From Camelus ferus (lineage: Eukaryota), in the NCBI RefSeq assembly GCF_009834535.1, contig NC_045698.1:14014001-14078000 (forward strand): a stretch of DNA of 64,000 bases, written 5' to 3'. Position 1 is the stretch's first letter. Each line of letters starts with the position of its first letter. Of the stretch, positions 54,380-64,000 are shown piece by piece. Below the pieces are notes generated by a model that was not told the origin of the DNA, ran no database searches, and was given only the letters and a program-made list of their open reading frames with translations. The position numbers and the translations under genes were made by a program.

Positions 54380-54533
54380 TTTTTTTTTTAATTGAAGTAT
54401 AGTTAGTTTACAATGTTGTGTCGATTTCTGGTATGCAGCTTAATGCTTCAGTCATACATGAACATACATATATCCATTTTCATATTCTCTTCACCATGTT
54501 ACTACAAGATGTTGAATATGGTTCCCTGTGCTA
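54380..54533 (-). mobile_element. Short L1 3' end
   Basis: Poly-T then aattgaagtatagttagtttacaatgttgtgtc...gaatatggttccctgtgcta. Confidence 0.9.
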
Positions 54534-56434
54534 GTTTTTTACATGAAAATATGTAAAATTATTTGGAAGGCAAAGTTGATTTTAGTCATCTGTAGTTCAG
54601 GAATAACTCAAAGACAACAAGAAAAGGGTCTTATTATAACACACAGTGGAGGGAATATACTTTTAAACTCATGAGATTTTGCAAAGTGAGTGATTTTTTT
54701 TTATGCTGAAGGAGAGATATTATACTGTCTGTCCTAAAGCAAGAATAAAAAAAAAATCCTTGTGTATCTGATCACATAATAATGCAGGGTTAATTAATTG
54801 TTCTTTAGAGAATAGAAAAGGGGAGGAGAATGAAGAAAGAAAAAAAAAGGAAGCAGTCTCCCAAGTGAAGGGAAATGAACACTTTACCGGCATTACTTTA
54901 ATAAACTGTCTTTCTTACTGTTAAGGAGCAACCTACGGCACTTAGAAAGCTAATGCGACTCACGTGAATTCCCCCCAGAAAACTATTCACCCTGGACCAA
55001 ATTAGGATAGAGTCCTAAACATTCATAGATCTCACTCTAATGCAGACTTCCACACCGAGATAATAGTCTCTCCTTCAGGGAAGAATAACTTTAAAAGTTT
55101 AAGAAAATGGTGTTAGAGCAATTAATTTTGAAAATTGCTTTTAATTAGTACTTTAATATAGGCTGTTGACTTAAAATTGTAATATTTTAGACTACACAGT
55201 TTATGCTTTTTTTGTGAGCAGGAAACTTGTATTTACAAAATTCCAGCAGAAACCAAAGCGACAGAAATATTACATTGTAATTTCACTATTATCATTTTCT
55301 CCAATATATAAAATACAAGTAATGCAAAGTGAGAAAAATGTGAGAATTGTAGGGAAGACATCATTGAAACGTATGCATAGTTCATTCCAGAATGTGTTAT
55401 ATTTTAAACTATAATCAGATAACAAATTTAATTGAACAATAAGTAATTGATGTGAAGAAAAAACATACCAAATAATAATAGCCTATTGGTAATTAACACA
55501 TTAGTCTCTTCATGCACAAAAGGAATATATAACCATGAGTTTTAATTATGTGTCAAATAATGTATAAAAACTTATGTTAAAAACAGTATCAATTAAGTGC
55601 TTTGTTTAACCACAAAGCTAATGCTAATCAATTAAAAGTTTAAGAAATTAGAAGGAGGTAAGAAAATAACATTTGTGTTTGTTTAACTAGAAACATCCGA
55701 GGTCTTTGCCCACATGCAAAGGTCTCATGTTATAGTTTAGTTTCTAGTTTTTAACTGTTTAATTTGTGTTCTTAGAGAAAGAAACTAGTGAATGAAAAGG
55801 AGAAGAGGAGCAGGAGGCAACATCGTCTAATTATTATATCCTCTGAATCCTGGATGAGGGGTGTTAGTACACAGGATAAAAAACTGAAATATTTCTGAAG
55901 TTGTCATAATTCCACACCCATCAGCTCTATTTTAGAGAGCCCTAGTCACGAGTGACAAATACTCGAGCACTGAAGGACACAAACAATAGTTGAGAATTTC
56001 ACTACTAATTGTTGGGAAGACTCAAAAAGTGACCAATCGATTAGAACTGGAGCGAGATATACAAGGCACAGGAGTACACATTCTCTATCAGAATTAATGC
56101 CTTCTTTTATCTCCCAATCAGGGACTAGTTGAGAAAGGGGTGGCTCTGGTTTTAAAGAAAAAACAAATCTCAGTGTTCTAAAACATTACTACAATTCCAG
56201 AAAAATATGGCCCAAACCAATGCCTACACATTCAAGTATGTTGTGATTTCATCCCCATTAAAACTTGGCCGTTACTGTTCATTTTAGTCCCTTTTTCTCA
56301 GGTAAGAAAGCAGTAATTGCATATTGAAGAGAGGGGGAAGAAAGATGGAAGTGTGAGTGGCTTCAGTCCTTTGGGAAATGCATTTGACAATAAAATGTAA
56401 GATCAGCATTTGATCCAGCAATCACTTGTAGGAG

Positions 56435-57400
56435 TTTGTTCATCCAACAGATATTTTTTTGGAATATCCACCATGTGCCAGTCATGATACTCAGTATTTA
56501 AATACATCACGGAATAAGAATACAGAGATCCCTGCCCTGGTGGAGTCTACATTCATTCCAGTGGCAAAAAGCAGATAACTCAACTGATACATAATATGCA
56601 AGACTCACACTTAAAAAAGGAAGGAGAGAAAAAGTAGAGATGAAGTAACATTAGAAGTGGTTGGGGTGGTACGTAATAATTGTGATATTAAATAAAGGAA
56701 TATGGTAGGTAGAATAGTTGTCTCTCAAAGATGTCTATGTCTTTATCCTGAGAGTCTTTGAATATGTTGCTTTACACGGTGGGGAAATAAAGGAATTTCA
56801 CAGATATGATTGAAGTAAAGGTCTCTTGAGTTGAGGAAATTACTTTGGTTCGCTTAGATGGGACACATCTGATCATGTGGGTTCTTAAAAGGGAAGAATC
56901 TATCCTAACTGGGTCAGAGAGAGAGAAATGGAAATATCAGAGGGATTCAGCACCTCGTTGCTGGTTCTGAAATTTAAGAGACTTTGTGCGAGTCCCAAGA
57001 GAGGTGTCTAGAAGCTGGAAAAGCCAAGAAAATGGATTCCTCCCCAGAGACCACAGAAAGAATGAAGCGCTACCTACACCTTGATTTTAGCCCAGTGAGA
57101 GCTATGCTGAATTTCTGACCTACAGAACTGTTAGAAAAAATAAAAAGTGTTGTTTTAAGCCACTAATTTTGTGATAATTTGTTATAGCAGCAATGAGAAA
57201 CTAATCAAGCAGTCAGATAAGGCCTATTGAAAAGATGACGTTTTAGCAATTTCTTGAAGATGGCGAGGGATTTAGCCAAATGTGTATTTCAGGAAAGAGC
57301 ATCTTAGAAGGGGTTAAACAAAGAGCAGAAGCATCAAGTTAGGAACATTACCAGCAGGCTCCAGAAACAGTGAAGAGGCCAGTGTGACCAGAGCAGCACA
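56435..57400 (-). mobile_element. L2 relic interrupted by an MLT1 LTR
   Basis: ttcatccaacagatatt...ccatgtgccag...atccctgccctggtggagtctacattc; resumes after 57207 with gtcagataaggcct...gaaagagcat...gaggccagtgtg. Confidence 0.8.
56701..57207 (+). mobile_element. MLT1 solo LTR (MLT1D/E-like)
   Basis: tatggtaggtagaata...caaagatgtc...ctagaagctggaaaagccaag...accttgattttagcccagtgaga...tttgttatagcagcaatgagaaactaatca. Confidence 0.9.
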
Positions 57401-58439
57401 GGCAATTGGAAGGTGGACCAATCCACCTTGAAATTTTTGGATTTGTGTCCCTGCCTATCTTATATGCTCCTCACTTAAGCTCTGTCACTTCTGCATCTCT
57501 ATTCAGCTATGCCTCTGGTCTGCATCAACACAGGCCTCGTGTTTCTTCTGGTTTAAAAACCAATTTGATGTCATTTAATGGAAGGAAAAATTTATTGCAA
57601 CCCCATCGCGTATCGAGAAATGTGCTGAGATGAATCAGGGTCCGCTCTTCTCAAAAATGTTTACTGCACTGAGCAAGAAAGATCACGGGATCTGCAAAGC
57701 AATTAATGTTCTGACAGAGGCATGAGGCCAAACTAACTTTCTCTTGCTGGGAAGGTTTTCCAGAGGAAGAGACACTGAGTCTCAATTTACAGTTCTTTAT
57801 CTCCATCCCTACAAAAGGATGAAAGTTATTCAAGATACTTTTTAATTGTCATCAACATTTTTTCTGTAATCATTTGCACTCTGGATTTAACCCCATCACT
57901 CAACAGAAAGTATTCTAAGATCAGCACACACATCCTAGCTGTTGAAAATGTTACTAAATGACTTTTTTTTTTTAAAGGAGAGGGCCAATTTAAGAACATG
58001 ACAATGCTAACACAAGAGACAGAGTGCAAAACTCTCTAATATTGAGTCCTCACTCAGGAAATGCAGCATGTGGGAATGGTGAAGATTTTTTAATGAAATA
58101 AACTGTAGATTGAGGGACAGTGAGGAAGAGAATATAAGCTATCTTGCTAAGTTTTTCTGTGCAGGAATATGAAGTTAATCCACCCAGAGCTGAGCCCACA
58201 TAGCTGCACATTGAAATAAAAATTCTGCAGTTTGCTATTGTGCATAAATTTTCCTCTCAGTTAAGCTGCTAAGAATAGAAATGTTATTCAGAAATTTTTG
58301 AATCATAAACTCCACATTACTCAGTCATAAGCCTGAACTCATTCGAGATCTTCTGTTGTCTTTCTTATCAGGTTGAATAACCAGAGCTCCCCTACCTCCA
58401 CTTAATCACTCGAGATTGAATCGCATGCATAATGCTGAG

Positions 58440-59160
58440 TTTTCTCCATTTCTCCTCACTAAAGCTTTCTAAAATTTTTTGATTCTACCTCCTTAAAATT
58501 GCCCAACCCTCCACCCCACCAGCGTCCATCACAGTTACCACTGAGTTAATTTGCACTCTCATACTTTCTAATTTAGATTATTGTAGTTATCCCCTAAGTG
58601 TTCCTATTATCTCTTTCTGTTTCTGTTCCATCCACGTTCTATTCACACTACAGTTCAGCTTGTGACTTCTAAAATTTGCATTTGATCGTTTCAAGAATAA
58701 ACCACTTGAGAGCTTCCCACAGCCTTCAGATAGAATACCTCTCCATCTGGCTCATGTCTGTGTGTCCAACTTGATTTACTCACACTTTACCATTGACACT
58801 AAATTTCAGCCAAACCAAACGAGATAATCTGGCTCTGAAAGAGCCAGACTGTCCACACCTGATCCCCTTCAAACTCAATCTTTTCTGGTTACCCGCCCAG
58901 AGATAGGTAGTTTCCTATATTTTGTGAAGTTTCCTTTGAATTTTTCATTCAAATAAGCAGCCGTTCCTTTGTGATGCCAAAGAACCCCTTGCTTGCCTAT
59001 CATTCATCACTTAACCACATATTGCCATATTTTCAAGAAATGCCCCATCTCTCCTACTTTACTTGATTCTCATTGATCGCAGGAGATGCATTTTATGTAT
59101 TTTCATGTCTCCAGCACTCAACATGCATCTGATCTCCAATGAATATTATTAAAGAATGAA
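58440..59160 (+). mobile_element. L2 3' region relic
   Basis: gattctacctccttaaa...tagattattgtagtt...tgtctccagcactcaaca...aatgaatattattaaagaatgaa. Confidence 0.65.
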
Positions 59161-59486
59161 ATATGATCATTGAAATTTTTGTGAATAAATTCATGATACA
59201 TTATAATGTATCAAATAGGAAGCAAAGAAATTAAAGTTATAAACCAGAGTCAAAATATTAAAATAATACCAAACGGAAGTTGGCTTGACAGGAGGGAAGA
59301 GATCTAAAAGCAAAGAGTGAAGAGATAAATATTTTAAAAACTGGTTTTTTAAATCTTAATTCAGACAACTGACTATTGAGAGCAAAATTAGTAATATTGT
59401 AAGATGGGTTTTATAAGGTAATTTGACTAAAAGATATGGCAGAAGTGGAAAAAAATGGAATGGGCAGATAAATATATTCATGCTGT

Positions 59487-59949
59487 TGTAAACAAAGACT
59501 GTTGCTCACCAACCAATCCGACAAGGATGAAGTCAGTAGCCACTGCAGGAGCTGACCGACCGTGCACCCTGGGACCTCAGGATGCACAGAAAAAAGGATG
59601 AGGCCATCTGTGCTTTGGAAAAACAGGTCCTTAGATAGTTAGATGTATATCTCAGGAGGAATTTTAATGAACCCAGATTCTTATATCTTCTCTTATACAG
59701 AAAAACATTAAAATCAATTGAGATACCTGTTCTTTGTAACTACTGGTAATTTTTTACCAGGATGTATTCCTGACTACATGGACTCCCTAGTCAAAAGTAA
59801 TATATAGACACTGGTTTCTCTACTGTCCCTTTGGAGCAGTCCCCTCAGAGTTACTGAGAGGCTGTCTCCCAAGGTAGAGTCCTCAGTAAGATCCTGAATA
59901 AAACTTAAACTCACAGCTCTTAAGTTGTCTGTTTTTCTTTCAGTAGACA
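59487..59949 (+). mobile_element. ERV1 solo LTR (MER34/MER39-like 3' half)
   Basis: TG...CA ends; 4-bp TSD ctgt/ttgt; ctgagaggctgtctccc...agtcctcagtaagatcctgAATAAAacttaaactcacagctct...tttcagtagaca. Confidence 0.85.
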
Positions 59950-60349
59950 TTGTTATGAAGGTATTGCGTTGGTGAAGGGGGAACTTTGAAGGGTGAAGTG
60001 AAAGTTGAAAAGCAAGAAATGTCATTCATGAAAAGGGCAGAGGGAACAGAGTGGCATATATGAAGTGTCAGATGTGAAGGGATACAATATTGATTCCAGA
60101 TAGACTTATACGTCATAAATGAATGTTATTTAGCACTAGAACAAACATTACATACTAATAAAGTGATGCATAACTAAATAGTCAATAGAAGGATTAAGCA
60201 AAATTATTAAAAAAAAGTTTGAATAAACCAAGATAAGGTAGAAAGCAATATTAGGCAACAGAAACAGATTAGGACAAAGTAAGGATACAAACAATATTGA
60301 CAATGTCTACCAACCCTATCAGTCATCATATTAAGTACACATAAACAAT

Positions 60350-62910
60350 AGATTTCAGCAAAAATGGTAAAGACCTCTAAAATTTTCTCCTCCAGAAAAG
60401 CAGTAAAAATTGTAAGAATCAACTTTTTCAGAGCTCTGGAAATTAACCAAAGACTTGTAATATTCCAGGGAGATGTAAGCAAGAAAAACAGCTGAGTCTT
60501 GGTGTGAACAGTGAGTTTTGTGGTGTTTTAATGTGTCTATTTCCATCCTCCCTCTAGCCCCGACAGCTCCACAGTAGTCTTGAAAAGCAACATCCTGAAA
60601 TCACAGAAAAACCCACAAGGAGAAGTCTAGGACCAGAAAGCCTCACTGATTATTTTTACCAAACAGTGAACTAATTAACATCAATCCTTTATAAACTTCT
60701 TTAAAAAAATAATTTACAATTCATTACATGAGGCCAGCATTATACTGACACCAAAACCGATAGAAATACCAGAAAGAGACAAAATCTACAGATCCATATA
60801 CCTTTTGGGGACACAACAATCTTCAAATATTAGCAAATCGAATCCAGCAACATACCAAAAGATTATAACCAGGATTAAGTGTGATTTACCCAGGAAAACA
60901 AGGTTGTTTAAAACATACCAGAATCAATCTATAAAATACAACATACCGGTATTATAAAGGACAAATTATATGATTGTCTTATGGATTCTGAAAAACCATT
61001 TGACAAAATCTGACACCCTTTCATGATAAAAAACAATGAGCAAAGGAATAGAAGGTAGCATCCTCAACCTGATGGACTGCATCTACAACAGACCAACAGT
61101 TAACATCATAATTAACAGTGAAAGACTGAAAGCTTTCTTCCAAGGATCAAAAGCAAGACACTCTTGCCAATGCCAACTCTATTCAGCTGGAGGTTCTAGC
61201 CAGGGCATTCAAGTAGGACAAAAAAAAAAAAAAAAGGAATCCACTTTAGGAGAAACAAAACAAAACTATCTGTATTTACAGATCACATGATTTTTTTGAA
61301 TATACAAAATCCTAAACAGACCACCAAACTTATTAGAGCTAAAAATAAAACAAAACAAGTTTAGCAAGTTTTAAGATACAAGATGAATATAAAAAATAAA
61401 TTTTATTTCTATAGACTTGCAATAAATAGTTAAATTTAAATTAAGAAATCAATTTAAAATAGCATTAATGATAATAAAACATTTAGGAATAAATATAATA
61501 AAAGTAGAGTAAATGCATAGTATAAAAACTATAAAATATTCCTGAAAAAAATGTAAAAGGCCCAAATTGTTCATCAGTAGGAAAATTAAATATCGTTAAT
61601 TATGCAATATTTATGTTAATCTCCACCAAAATCCTAACTTTTTTGTAGAAATTTCCAAGCTGTATGTAAAATTCATATAGAAATGCAAGGTATCCTAAAT
61701 AGCCAAAATAATTTTGACGAAGAACAAATTTGGAAAACTAGACAGTTTAGGCTCCAAAACTTACTACAAAGCCACAGTACTCAAGAACATGTGTGGTACC
61801 AGGATAAGGATGAGCACAGATCAGTGGAATAGAAATAAAAGTTCAGAAATAAACCCATACCTTAAGGTCAACTGATGTTCAATATGTTTGTCAAGGCAAT
61901 TTAATGGAGGAAAGAATACTCTTTCCAACAAATTTGAAAGGACAACTAGATATACATATGCAAAAAATGAAATTGCACCCCAGCCTCACATCACATATCA
62001 AATCAAATCAAAGTGGATTAAAAAAAAAAAAAAACAAAACACTGAAAGTAAGAGCTAAACCTGAAAAAAAAATCTTAATATAAAACCAAGGCGTAAATTT
62101 TTGTAGCATTGGGATAGGCAATGTTTTCTAGCTTTGACACCAAAAGCACAAGCAACCAAATAAAAAAAAAAAAAACGACTGAACATTATCAACATTAAAA
62201 ACTCTAGCACTTCAAAGCACACTATGAAGGAAGTGAAAAGACCACTCAGAGTGGGAGGACTATTTCAAGCCATACATCTAATAAGGGTCTAATATCTAGA
62301 ATTTATAAATGACATTGAAAACTCAACAATAAAAAAGACAAATAGCTCAAATGAAAACTTACAAAAACACACATTTCTCAAAAGAATCTATCTGCATAAC
62401 CAATAAGTACATAAAAAGGTGATCACCATCATTTGGTAGTCATTAGGAAATGCAAATTAAAACTGAAATAAGCTAACACTTCACACCCCCTAGGATTTTT
62501 AAAAGATTTTAAAAAGATAGAAAATACAAGTGTTCACAAGGATGTGCAGAAATTTGAAGGCTCATACATTTCTGACAGAAGTATAAAATGGTATAGTCAT
62601 TCTGAGAAACATTTAGCAACTTTTCAAAGTGTCACATTTTTATTTACCATATGACCCAGTGATTCTAGCTTTCAGTATGTACCCAAGAGAAATGAAAATA
62701 AATTTCACACAACTTCTAAATAAATGTGGTTGCCAGGGGCTGGGGCACGGAGGGTGGCTACTAATGAGTATGAGGATTTGGGGAGGTGATATAAATATTC
62801 TCAGATTAGAGAGTTGTGATAGTTACGTACCTTTGTGTGTATGTTAAAAGCCAGTGAATTGTAAACTTTAAAATGGATGAATATTATATTTGGTGATTTA
62901 AATCTCAACA
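60350..62910 (+). mobile_element. L1MB-like element: 5' end joined to mid-ORF2 and 3' UTR, nested in an older L1
   Basis: 5' UTR-like aatcaactttttcagagctctggaaattaacc; ORF2 from about 60610; L1MB-like tail tggttgccaggggctgggg...actttaaaatggatgaat. Confidence 0.85.
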
Positions 62911-63650
62911 GAAAACTAATCAACTACATAAATATACTATATACCAATTAAAAGGCAGAAATTGTTAGATTGAGTTGAAAAAAAAAAAAGACCCAGCTAC
63001 CTGCTGCCTTCAATAATGTACTTTAAATGAAAATACATCAGAAGGCTGAAAGTAAAGAATAAAAAGTGATATACAAGCTAATTATAATTATAAAAAAGCA
63101 AAGCTTATGCATATCAGACAAATTATACTGCAATACAAAGTATATTATAAGAGATAAAGGAAAAATATCATGATTCATCAAGAGCAAATAAAAATCCAAA
63201 ATATGCATAAACCTAATTACAGAACACAAAAATTCATGAAGCAAAAATTGACACAATTAACAGGAGGAACAGAGTAATACAATTAAAGGTGCTAAATTTA
63301 ACATATCACTCTCAGTGAATGATAGAATAAATACACAAATTTATAAAGGAAAGAGAAAACCATGATTATATTATTTATCAATTTAACCAAATTGATTTTA
63401 TAAAACACTGTGCTTAACAACTGCATGAAACATATTCTTGTCAAACTCAGAAGAAATGTTTAGAGAGAACATATGCTTGGCTATACCGGTAACAATAAAT
63501 TTCCAAAGGACGTAAACTAACAGAGCATGCTATCTGATGAAAATGGAAAAACATACAAATGGATGAAAATAAGATACACAGAAAAAGACAAATATTTGGA
63601 GTTAAATAACATACCTCTAAATAAACTAAAGGGAGTCAAAAGAAGATTTA

Positions 63651-63905
63651 ACAAAAATAAATGAGACTACATCAGACTGAAAAGCTTTTGCACAGTGAAA
63701 GAAACTTAGAGTTAAACTCCAAGAGTTCTCACCAGAAGGAAAAATATAATTTTTCTTTAGTTTTGTATGAGATCCATATGAGACGATGTATATTTACTGA
63801 ACTCATTGTGAAAGTCATTTCATGGATGCATGTAAGTCAAATCATTATCCTGTACTTATACAGTGCTGTGTATCGATTATATCCTGATATAACTGGAAGA
63901 AAAAT
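63651..63905 (+). mobile_element. Short L1 (ORF2 piece joined to 3' end) nested in the host L1
   Basis: aaaagcttttgcacagtgaaagaaac then aagagttctcaccagaagg...ttatacagtgctgtg...aactggaagaaaaa; flanked by aaagaagattta / aaagaagaatta. Confidence 0.75.
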
Positions 63906-64000
63906 AAAGAAGAATTAATATGTTGAATTGAAACATAAAGAAAACACAATATATCCAAATGTATGGGATACAGCTAAAGCTATGTTTAGAGAGAATCGTA

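Larger units (their letters stand above)
60050..64000 (+). mobile_element. Older host L1 (inter-ORF region and ORF2 endonuclease part), in pieces at about 60050-60349, 62911-63650 and 63905-64000
   Basis: ccaaccctatcagtcatcatattaag continues as ccaattaaaaggcagaaattgttagattg, then tgtatgggatacagctaaagc. Confidence 0.75.

Overview
AT-rich, repeat-dense eutherian mammal DNA. The youngest L1 3' UTRs and the lack of recognisable Bov-tA/PRE1/Alu/B1 SINEs suggest a camelid; this is inference. The whole window lies inside a type II classical cadherin gene, recognised as CDH18, on the minus strand. Two coding exons are present: 295 nt at 48274-47980 and 120 nt at 18015-17896. They are separated by a 29,964-nt GT-AG intron and join in frame. 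The 120-nt exon is missing from the ORF track. The rest is intronic: L1 fragments of many ages (mostly antisense to CDH18), solo LTRs, Tigger and hAT MITEs, MIR/L2 relics and microsatellites. Repeat family names come from recalled consensus sequences, not a database search. I found no evidence of a new protein-coding system. The best leads are regulatory: young inverted L1s bracketing the 295-nt exon, a young LTR aimed antisense at the 120-nt exon, and cryptic or recursive splice-site candidates.
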